Positions 8,627-16,095 are shown, counted from the stretch's first letter. The stretch: DNA of 24,885 nucleotides from Promethearchaeota archaeon (GCA_048938295.1 JBHLMI010000032.1:1-24885); one strand, 5' to 3'. The notes: generated by a model not told the origin, from the letters alone. Program-made: numbers and translations.

Positions 8627-9181
8627 ATGTATGCTACACTCCTCGAGCGATGGCAAGCAGAACGTGACTCATCAGACCTGCTTCCTCTTCGTGATTCTTT
8701 CTTCCAGAACCTACGGGACTATGTTGTGCAAGTGCTTGAACGAAGTCAGGCACAAAATACTTCAGAAATTCAACGGCGATTGTTTGAAACTGAGTTAATG
8801 AATCTGCGATTTATGATGAGAAGTCTGCTTACCATGCGGGTGGAAAAGATACTTGCCAAACTCATTGAGCAGGATATCGATTACGATCTCCTAACAGGAA
8901 ACGAGCGTCGGTTTGCTGACCAAATGACTCGCAACCTCCGTTCAGCGCTCATGCCTGCAGAAGATTTATTTGCTTCTTTAGATGCCAACGGCACGTCAAG
9001 GTTGTTGGTTGTGCGTTTTCTCGATGAACACCCACAGCTCGTTGGAGTAGATTTAAAAACCTACGGACCTTTCAAAGCGGATGACCTCGCGGCGCTTCCT
9101 GCTGAAAACGCCCGGCTAATCATTAGAAAAAATCAAGCAGAACCTGTTGAACTAGGTGATATTCACCATGAAGGCTCCTAA
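8627..9181 (+). CDS. GINS subunit (Gins15/Psf1-Sld5 type)
   Basis: Helical A-domain (WQAER...L.PLRDSFF...MRVEKI) followed by B-domain VRFL..HPQLVGVDLKTYGPFKADDLAALPAENARLII. Synteny between priS and rpl44e. Confidence 0.9.
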   Translation: MYATLLERWQAERDSSDLLPLRDSFFQNLRDYVVQVLERSQAQNTSEIQRRLFETELMNLRFMMRSLLTMRVEKILAKLIEQDIDYDLLTGNERRFADQMTRNLRSALMPAEDLFASLDANGTSRLLVVRFLDEHPQLVGVDLKTYGPFKADDLAALPAENARLIIRKNQAEPVELGDIHHEGS

Positions 9182-9443
9182 AACCATGAGAACCTACTGT
9201 GCGCGGTGTAAAAAGCACACAGAACACACCGTTAGTCTGTACAAGAAAGGTCGTGAACGAACCCTTTCGGCTGGTCGACGCCGCTACGATCGAAAAGTAG
9301 CCGGATATGGTTCCCAACCCAAACAAATCCAAAAACGCTTCTCAAAGGTAACCAAAAAGCAGTGCCTCCGATTGAAGTGTAAAGAGTGTGAGCATGTCAC
9401 TGTGCGTGAGGGTATTCGGTTGAAAAAACTGGAATTGGTCTAG
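9168..9443 (+). CDS. rpl44e: 50S ribosomal protein L44e (eL42)
   Basis: MKAPK..RTYC.RCKKHT.H...GYGSQPK...KVTKK..LRLKC.EC. ATG 9168 with AGGTGAT SD. Confidence 0.96.
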   Translation: MKAPKTMRTYCARCKKHTEHTVSLYKKGRERTLSAGRRRYDRKVAGYGSQPKQIQKRFSKVTKKQCLRLKCKECEHVTVREGIRLKKLELV

Positions 9444-9460
9444 CCTTGGAGGGAATAGAT

Positions 9461-9658
9461 GTGACAAGAAAGAAAAAAGCCATTGACGAACCCCGGTCAC
9501 GCTTCCTTTTAGTAAAATGCAAAGAATGTGACAACGAACAAACAGTGTTTGGACGGGCTACTCAAAAGGTCGTCTGTAACGTGTGCGGAAAACCCCTAAC
9601 ACAACCCACTGGGGGAAAAGCACAAATCCTTGGCGAAGTTATCCAAGAACTAAGCTAA
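9461..9658 (+). CDS. rps27e: 30S ribosomal protein S27e (eS27)
   Basis: PRSRFLLVKCKECDNEQTVF...CNVCG..LTQPTGGKA. GTG 9461 with GGAGGG SD. Confidence 0.95.
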   Translation: MTRKKKAIDEPRSRFLLVKCKECDNEQTVFGRATQKVVCNVCGKPLTQPTGGKAQILGEVIQELS

Positions 9659-9701
9659 CCCTTCCTACCATCACCGGTACTGCTACCCAGAGGTGCTTCC
9701 C

Positions 9702-10508
9702 ATGTCCCAAGAAGGCAAGAAATCATCAGGAGAATCGAAGCTTCCAGAAGTCGGAGATTTGGTTCTGGCAACAGTTAGTCGAATTACCTCCCATGGGGCC
9801 TATTGCCAAATGGATGAATTCAAGGAACAAGAATGCTTCATTCACATTTCAGAGATTGCCTCAACATGGGTTCGCAATATCCGAAACTATGTCCGTGAAA
9901 ATCAAAAGGTAGTTGTTAAGGTTCTTCGAGTCGATGCTGATCGACATCAAGTTGATACTTCCTTGCGTCGTGTTACCAGAGAGCAAGGCCGTATGAAGAT
10001 TCAAGAGTGGAAACGCGCTCAACGCGGAAGCAAATTACTGGCTTTAGCCGCTGAACGGATGAAAAAGACACCCGATGAAGCTTATGAAATCGCTGGAAAA
10101 GCCATGGAAGCTCACTACTCAGATATCTTAGAAGCCTTGGAAGAAACCAAGGAAAAGGGTCCAAAAGTCCTAACTGATATGGGCGTTCCGACAAAATGGG
10201 CTGATATATTATATGAACTCGCCCAAGCACATGTGATTATCCGGGATGTCAGCGTGGAAAAAACCATTGAGCTGATCTGTCGGGGGCCTGAGGGGGTGGA
10301 AGGAATCCGCAAAGCCTTACTCGAAGCAGAAGCCATAGTTGAACCATCAGGAGGAAGTGTATTCATTGAAGGAGCGCCTCGATACCGAATTCAGGTAAGT
10401 GGAAAAGATTACAAACAGGCTGATCAACTGCTGAAAGAGGCCATTGAAAAGAGCCTGAAAATCATTAAAGAATGTGGTGGCGAAGGGAAGGTCACTGCCC
10501 AATCTTAG
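9702..10508 (+). CDS. eif2a: Translation initiation factor aIF2 alpha
   Basis: S1 domain LPEVGDLV...FIHISEIASTWVRNIR...VKVLRVD..RHQVDTSLRRV, and C-terminal GAPRYRI. ATG 9702 with GAGGTG SD. Confidence 0.96.
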   Translation: MSQEGKKSSGESKLPEVGDLVLATVSRITSHGAYCQMDEFKEQECFIHISEIASTWVRNIRNYVRENQKVVVKVLRVDADRHQVDTSLRRVTREQGRMKIQEWKRAQRGSKLLALAAERMKKTPDEAYEIAGKAMEAHYSDILEALEETKEKGPKVLTDMGVPTKWADILYELAQAHVIIRDVSVEKTIELICRGPEGVEGIRKALLEAEAIVEPSGGSVFIEGAPRYRIQVSGKDYKQADQLLKEAIEKSLKIIKECGGEGKVTAQS

Positions 10509-10542
10509 TTCAATAGCCAACCATGATATGAGGGAAAAATAA

Positions 10543-10743
10543 CTGCCCAAACTTTTGAAAAAATGTCAGCAGTGTAATACCTATACGCTTAACTCTACAC
10601 AATGTCCTAAGTGTAAAGGACCGGTTGAAAGTGCCCATCCAGCAAGATTCTCCATTGAAGACCGTTACGGTGTATATCGGCGAAAGATGAAGAAAGAGTT
10701 ACTCATGAAGCACGGCACCGAGAACGAAATGGGCTCTAAATAA
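10543..10743 (+). CDS. nop10: H/ACA RNP protein Nop10
   Basis: KKCQQCNTYTL...CPKC...HPARFSIEDRYGVYRR. Start placed at CTG 10543 (M-PKLLKKC; SD GAGGG 8 nt upstream; in-frame TAA directly before). TTG 10555 is the alternative. Confidence 0.92.
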   Translation: MPKLLKKCQQCNTYTLNSTQCPKCKGPVESAHPARFSIEDRYGVYRRKMKKELLMKHGTENEMGSK

Positions 10744-13715
10744 GTCTGTTCAAAAATATTGGTCACCGAAAAAGGTGGCGGGTCATTAATCGATGAACTA
10801 GCCGGTGCAGCCTTGGAGGGACTCGGAGGAGACGGTGCCGCCTGTATCGTGATGGGGATTGTTACATTCAAGCCGGCATATAAGGGTTGGTCGCTCATAT
10901 AGTGCAACTGCACATTTACTACTTCTCCAGCGACCAAATCAACATGCCAATAGTCAGCGTCGATGGTGATTCCCAGAATCTCGCCAGTGAATAGTACGCG
11001 CCCACGGGTAAGAATCGCATTTTCGATGGAAAAGTCCTCGTCATTCAGGAGACCTTCCTCGTCAACCTCGATGAAACCTTCTCCAGTATTTTGAACCTCT
11101 ACGTAGATGGTGCCGTTATCATAGGCCCACGAATTGGCAACAAGACCTGTCAACTCATAAGCTGGCGCCTGTCTGACTGGCACTGTAATACTTGCTTCTA
11201 GTGGGGGCCAAAATCCAGCTACACTAATTGTGACGTTGATCTCAGTATCCACAGTGAAGTAGCGTTGCGTTCGAATGTGTAACATAACAGTTTCATCAGG
11301 TAAAATCGTCATATTACCTGTATCCGTTTCTAGGAAGAAATCAAGGGGCTGATATACCCTATTTTGTCCCTGTCGCGCATCCCAGTACTCAACTGTTGCA
11401 TTAGCGATGGTAAGGGGATGAATACCTGTGTTATGTACTTTTACTACAATCTGGGAGAGATCTTCAGCCTCAGTACTGCCCTTGTACACAGGAAAAGCAC
11501 TGGCACCTGTAATTTCCATGCCACTCTCAATGTAGGTGTAATTACACTGGTAAACCTTCATTAGCTGTGTTTGGCTGAAATAGGCAGGGACAAAGAGGCT
11601 GAATATCGTTTTCCCTGGTTCGGACGTCAAACTCGGTGCTGGTCCAGCTGTATCAGTTGAATTCAACGTTGGTGGGTCAATCCCGAAGAGGCTCGCGTTA
11701 AGCCAGAGCATATTGTACAGGATTGTATCGAAGAACGGTTCAAGGTAATTTTGTGTTTGTGGATCCCAGAAGGAGGTCTCGTTGGGAACCTCATTGCCAA
11801 AGACTTCTCCAGCGATACGGATCATCCACTGCCACTTGCCCTCATCGCCACTTAATCCGGGGTTATTTAACCCGAAATGTGCAAAGACATAGTCTATGTC
11901 GTACATCTGACATATTTTCAGCGCCGCTATTGGGTCGGTTTCCATAAACATCCGACCCACCCATGCTATCTGGGTTTTGTTATTCGTCGCGTTATCGACT
12001 ACGGTGAATCGATCACCCACCCGTCGGGTCCAATAACCGTAATCCCACCAGGACACCATAATGCTTCCTTGAGGGGTATGGTGCTGCATCCACGAGAAAG
12101 TCTCGAGATAATCTCGGAGGTAGGTCGGATCTCCAGTAACGTCATCGCGTGTTCCGGGGGTAATTTCTGGAGGTCCCATGCCGTTAACAGCGTAAATGGC
12201 ATTGACCGTCGTGGCCAGGAGTAAGATAATGATAAACAGATATGCGAGGCTAGCAAATCCTCGTCCAACCGGAGGCGTGATGCGACGCCGGCGTCGAGTG
12301 AGAATAGGGCGTTGCCAAAAGATGGGACGGAAGGGGCGGATCGCCATTAACAGTCCATATGCGCCGAGGATGGAGGCGGCAGGAGCGAGAATGAGGGTCA
12401 GTCGAATCATTGATCCTGTGAAATACAGTGCAGTAAGGGCGAAGATGATGAGCAAGATGTCCGTTTCGCGTTCACGTTGAAATGCAATGTAGAATCCAAA
12501 GGGCATAAGCAGGATTAAGAAGCTCAAGTTGTACCAGAAAGTAGCCCAGGGGGAAGGCAGGTGTTCACCAACGGATGCAAGGAGAAACGCGTTTTGTCGT
12601 ATCAACGGATCAATTACGGTATAAAACTTACTTCCGAGGTCTCCAAGAATTCCTGGGGCTTGTCCTGAAGCGAGCGTAAGTATCAAACCAGACTGGTACA
12701 GATAACCTAGTCCTACTACAATCAGGGCACACATTGCCCCGAAGATATACGCGAAATAGGGGCGAATCCGTGTAGCTAGACCTGCCAAACGATCGGGAAA
12801 ACTGAGTTCAGATAATCGAAAGGTACGGCTAAATTCAATTAATAATAGAAGGCCGAAAATGCCTAATGGTATCATACCTGTGGTGCTGGTCGGCCAGTCT
12901 GGTCCGATACGTGGGACACAAACGGCGATAATCATGCCTACAATGACGACACCGGAATATGCCACTAGGAGTCGACGAGAATACCGTCGAAGTAACACCA
13001 TGATAAGGGCAAAGATAGCAAAAATCTGGAACACGTAAAGATATACACTCCAGCTCGCAGAAAGATAACCTAACGACAAACCACCCAAGATCGCTGAGGC
13101 GACTGAACCTTTCCGCATAGCGCGGATGAAGAAGAAAAAGGTAAGAAGGATAGCGAGAATACCAACAGCTTCATTGTCAAAGAATCCCGCAATAGTCCGT
13201 TGGGTATAGGCAGGGAGAACGGCCATAAAGAAAGCTGCAAGAAGACCTACCTCTTTGGAGCTTACTTCAACACCCAGCGCGTAGATGGCTAGGACACCAA
13301 GCACACCCATTATTGCTGGGAACAGAACCACTACGGTCATGACATCGACGTTAATCCCCACAGCGTGAAGTGCTAGGTACATAAACGCAGCAGTGAACGG
13401 GATACCAGGATACGAGGTTAGGGGAATATTCCGACCATAGGGAACCCATGTGGTCCAATCATACCAACCAAACCACGCACCGAACCCGTTCTGTAAAATG
13501 AATTCAACTTCTCGGATGTTGTACCAGGGATCGAATGCGCGTATTAAAATCTCGAATCCAATCATCGGGAGAAGACGAAGCATTAGAGTGATGAGGCAGA
13601 TGATGATGAGTGCGGTGGCTGCTATGACATTTGATTTGGAAATCTCCATTCTTGGTCCATGTATGTATCGACGAAGGAAAGACCATATGGACCGTAGCGC
13701 GCCGCGTACAGACAT
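10665..13715 (-). CDS. aglB: Oligosaccharyltransferase AglB/STT3 with long C-terminal extension
   Basis: Multi-pass TM N-terminal half with FDPWYN, GFFDNE and SVGEH. WWDYGYW, DNATNN and DEGKWQWMIRI (DK-type motif) follow, then about 290 extra aa. Confidence 0.96.
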   Translation of the reverse strand: MSVRGALRSIWSFLRRYIHGPRMEISKSNVIAATALIIICLITLMLRLLPMIGFEILIRAFDPWYNIREVEFILQNGFGAWFGWYDWTTWVPYGRNIPLTSYPGIPFTAAFMYLALHAVGINVDVMTVVVLFPAIMGVLGVLAIYALGVEVSSKEVGLLAAFFMAVLPAYTQRTIAGFFDNEAVGILAILLTFFFFIRAMRKGSVASAILGGLSLGYLSASWSVYLYVFQIFAIFALIMVLLRRYSRRLLVAYSGVVIVGMIIAVCVPRIGPDWPTSTTGMIPLGIFGLLLLIEFSRTFRLSELSFPDRLAGLATRIRPYFAYIFGAMCALIVVGLGYLYQSGLILTLASGQAPGILGDLGSKFYTVIDPLIRQNAFLLASVGEHLPSPWATFWYNLSFLILLMPFGFYIAFQRERETDILLIIFALTALYFTGSMIRLTLILAPAASILGAYGLLMAIRPFRPIFWQRPILTRRRRRITPPVGRGFASLAYLFIIILLLATTVNAIYAVNGMGPPEITPGTRDDVTGDPTYLRDYLETFSWMQHHTPQGSIMVSWWDYGYWTRRVGDRFTVVDNATNNKTQIAWVGRMFMETDPIAALKICQMYDIDYVFAHFGLNNPGLSGDEGKWQWMIRIAGEVFGNEVPNETSFWDPQTQNYLEPFFDTILYNMLWLNASLFGIDPPTLNSTDTAGPAPSLTSEPGKTIFSLFVPAYFSQTQLMKVYQCNYTYIESGMEITGASAFPVYKGSTEAEDLSQIVVKVHNTGIHPLTIANATVEYWDARQGQNRVYQPLDFFLETDTGNMTILPDETVMLHIRTQRYFTVDTEINVTISVAGFWPPLEASITVPVRQAPAYELTGLVANSWAYDNGTIYVEVQNTGEGFIEVDEEGLLNDEDFSIENAILTRGRVLFTGEILGITIDADYWHVDLVAGEVVNVQLHYMSDQPLYAGLNVTIPITIQAAPSPPSPSKAAPASSSINDPPPFSVTNIFEQTYLEPISFSVPCFMSNSFFIFRRYTP

Positions 13716-13762
13716 TCAGTCACCAATAGGTATGTGAAGTGGTGCCATGATAATTACGTGTA

Positions 13763-13777
13763 CTTAAAAAATTTCTT
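13763..13777 (-). promoter_or_regulatory. Candidate BRE/TATA of aglB
   Basis: Minus strand AGAAATTT-TTTAAG about 48 nt upstream of ATG 13715. Confidence 0.5.
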
Positions 13778-13805
13778 GTACCAACCACACCAGACTCTAA
13801 AAGAA

Positions 13806-14198
13806 TTATTTTGCCAGTCCTTCAAGGAAACTTTTGTAAGTTTCCGCGTTCATGAGGTTCTTAACCTCATTAGGATTTGCCATCTTAATGGCTATCATCC
13901 ATCCGTCCCCATATGGATCATTGTTCACCAGTTCTGGCGCTTCCTCAAGCTTTTCATTCATCTCCACTACTTCACCCGAGACCGGTGAGAACAGTTCTGA
14001 AGTGGCTTTTACCGAATCAACGGTGCCAAACACCTCATTGGCCTTAACTGCAGTGCCAACCGAAGGCAGTTCCACCATGACAATCTCGTGCAGCTCTTCT
14101 TGGGCATAATCACTGATACCCACGCGCACAATACCGTCCTCTTGGCGAACCCATTCATGTTCTTTCGTATACAGTAAATCAGTAGGAATCTTGCTCAT
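13806..14198 (-). CDS. gcvH: Glycine cleavage system H protein (lipoyl carrier)
   Basis: YTKEHEWV, RVGISDYAQEEL, lipoyl-Lys motif DSVKA.S, SPVSGEVVE.N, NNDPYGDGW. Confidence 0.95.
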   Translation of the reverse strand: MSKIPTDLLYTKEHEWVRQEDGIVRVGISDYAQEELHEIVMVELPSVGTAVKANEVFGTVDSVKATSELFSPVSGEVVEMNEKLEEAPELVNNDPYGDGWMIAIKMANPNEVKNLMNAETYKSFLEGLAK

Positions 14199-14328
14199 TT
14201 TGCAAAACCTCGGTTCATTAGATGAATTCGCGTTTTAACCCTCTAACTATATAGCTCTTTAGTTGAAGCACTAATCTTCTCGCCGACAAAGTTAAAACAC
14301 ATAGAAATAATCCTTTGCCATAACTCTC

Positions 14329-14559
14329 GTGCGGGGGACCCTTCCGAAGGGGTCTTTGCCGCCATACCGGTGGCGGGGGTATCTCTCTTGGTGGAGACCC
14401 CACAGCCAAGCCTGGTTAAAGGCGCAGGAGTCACCTGCAACAGCAGGTAGACGGCGTTACTCAAGATCTAACCAGGTGCATGAGACATCCTGTCCGGCAG
14501 CGGTTCGAGGGTTCGAAGGAATAGCGCACTGCGAGCTCCGAAAATCCCTCCCCCCGCAC
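14329..14559 (+). ncRNA. Putative structured non-coding RNA of unrecognised family (~231 nt)
   Basis: GC-rich island in AT-rich flanks. Ends pair (GTGCGGGG 14329-14336 / CCCCGCAC 14552-14559) and enclose at least six further helices. GTTAAAAC TATA-like element at 14291-14298 and a T-run at 14577-14581. No credible protein. Strand is inferred from G-U pairs and promoter position. Confidence 0.6.
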
Positions 14560-14636
14560 CAATTTCTATCGTTACCTTTTTGACTACGATTTCCCTAGCT
14601 TCTACTACGGATTTCCTCTCCCACGGGGCCTTACGC

Positions 14637-15230
14637 ATGCTACACGTGGTTTATCTGATGCATCCCAGCGGGGTCTGTCTCCTTGACCAAAAATTTGGAG
14701 AATTAGAACTTGACTCGACACTAGTAGCCGGCTTCTTTTCTGCGATTCGTGAGTTTGCCCGGATGATTTCAAAGGGAAAAGGTGAAGCACGTGTCGTTGA
14801 GATGGGTGAATTCTATATCACCTATGCTGCTGGTGATTACATCGTTATAGCTGCTGTTGTTGACAAAGACGACAATCGACTCCAAGTCCTTCAGGCCCTT
14901 GACCAAGTCATTGATCGGTTTTCAAACCTTTATGAAGACACACTCAAATCGTGGGATGGAAAACTCGTCTTCTTCTCCTTTACGCCTGAACTGAATCAAA
15001 TGCTTAATAACGGCTTCATCGGTGAAGAGGATGCACCCCAACCGAAACTAAAACGGGGTCTACCCAAACTTATGGTCAAATTGGGACAAATCAGCGAAAT
15101 CGAATATTGTGTCGCCAAACAGTGTAACGGCGAGAAAACTCCTAAGGATATCGCTGAAAACTTAGAGATGACCCAAGACGATGTGGAAGTTCTCTTGTAT
15201 CGACTCAATAAACTCGACCTAATCGAGTAG
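14637..15230 (+). CDS. Longin-like domain protein with C-terminal winged-helix-like domain
   Basis: N-terminal LHVVYLMHPSGVCLL...LVAGFFSAIREFA...LDQVIDRFSNLYEDTLKSWDG...F.F has the longin pattern. C-terminal VAKQCNGEKTPKDIAENLEMTQDDVEVLLYRLNKLDLI has an HTH/wH pattern. Start placed at ATG 14637. Confidence 0.75.
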   Translation: MLHVVYLMHPSGVCLLDQKFGELELDSTLVAGFFSAIREFARMISKGKGEARVVEMGEFYITYAAGDYIVIAAVVDKDDNRLQVLQALDQVIDRFSNLYEDTLKSWDGKLVFFSFTPELNQMLNNGFIGEEDAPQPKLKRGLPKLMVKLGQISEIEYCVAKQCNGEKTPKDIAENLEMTQDDVEVLLYRLNKLDLIE

Positions 15231-15249
15231 GCGTTCCCTTTGTTAGCTT

Positions 15250-15909
15250 TTATTCACTAGCTTCTAGCAATACTCCCATCGCGATTATTCCAAGTGCAAT
15301 CAGGACCAGGACAGGTGCCACGATTATTCCAAGATCGGGAAGCACAGCTTGAAGAACTCGGCCACCATAATAGACCAGTAACCCTGAACCCAGCAGGAAA
15401 TTACTGGTCCGAAGTTGGCCCATAAGCTGGAATCCAATAAAGAAGAACAGCGCAGGCAGCACAATGACGTATAGCGGAAGGATTGCGTAGTTCGAGATGA
15501 TATACCCGACGGTCAAAAAGCCACCAGTGAGGGTTGGTGGCCAAAACAGAACGGGTACCACCAAGATGAGTAACGCTATGATGAGTGGCGGAGATGAAAT
15601 CAGGATAATTTGCCATAATTTCCTCTCCAAAATCTGGTAGGCTAGCGCGATGAAGACAGTGAAAATTGCTAGCCACGATGTCACGGTGGCCAGGCGCCAC
15701 CAAATTTCGATGTGTGCATAGAAGTCCCAAATGAGATAAAAAATCCGTCCCACACCAAGTAAAAGAAAGAAAAACCCGAATCCTAAGTGGAAGGGGTTAC
15801 GCTTCTCACGAAAACGAAAAGCAAGGAAATACACGAACAAGAGAAAGAAGTAGCCAATGATAACATACCATAAACCAATAATAAATGTGTCCGCGGGAGA
15901 AAATTGCAT
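15250..15909 (-). CDS. Integral membrane protein with about 7 TM helices, function unknown
   Basis: 219 aa with seven hydrophobic segments and short loops. ATG 15909 has GAGGT SD; promoter at 15966-15980. Confidence 0.8.
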   Translation of the reverse strand: MQFSPADTFIIGLWYVIIGYFFLLFVYFLAFRFREKRNPFHLGFGFFFLLLGVGRIFYLIWDFYAHIEIWWRLATVTSWLAIFTVFIALAYQILERKLWQIILISSPPLIIALLILVVPVLFWPPTLTGGFLTVGYIISNYAILPLYVIVLPALFFFIGFQLMGQLRTSNFLLGSGLLVYYGGRVLQAVLPDLGIIVAPVLVLIALGIIAMGVLLEASE

Positions 15910-15965
15910 TATAATAACCTCTTTCCGCATGCAACTGTTTCATTACTGAGTCTCCTTGTCTCCCC

Positions 15966-15980
15966 ATATAAGCCTTTTTT
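15966..15980 (-). promoter_or_regulatory. Candidate BRE/TATA of the 7-TM gene
   Basis: Minus strand AAAAAAGGC-TTATAT. Confidence 0.5.
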
Positions 15981-16095
15981 CTGAAAGGCGTTCATCTTTT
16001 CCTGCTCACAATTCACAAATTAGTTGCAAGGAACACGGTAAGAGGAAAATGTTTTTACCTTTACAAATGTCAAGGGGGCTGGCAACCTCCTTGGG

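Noticed and set aside
9830-9885. Eukaryote-like Ser51 phosphorylation site in aIF2alpha
   Set aside because: The loop reads SEIASTW, the ordinary archaeal pattern, not the eukaryotic SELSRRR.
14329-14559. SRP RNA, RNase P RNA, 5S rRNA or tRNA identity for the structured element
   Set aside because: The CAGG...AGCAG spacing is 13 unpaired nt rather than a 3-bp stem with a GNRA loop. There is no GAGGAAAGUCC or matching CR-V on either strand. The two GGTTCGA motifs lack T-stems, and the 5S CCGAAC/GAAGUUAAG context is absent. A divergent member can only be excluded by cmscan.
14329-14559. Glycine or other riboswitch controlling gcvH
   Set aside because: No glycine, SAM, TPP, FMN or cobalamin consensus is visible, and gcvH has its own TATA candidates (14232-14253) between the element and the gene.
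14329-14559. MITE with 9-bp terminal inverted repeats
   Set aside because: No target-site duplication (flanks ACTCTC / CAATTT), no second copy and no transposase in the window. Not fully excluded genome-wide.
14218-14583. Short ORFs 14218-14409(-), 14243-14464(-) and 14329-14583(+)
   Set aside because: No protein-like motifs or SD. They are best explained as chance frames across GC-rich structured sequence.
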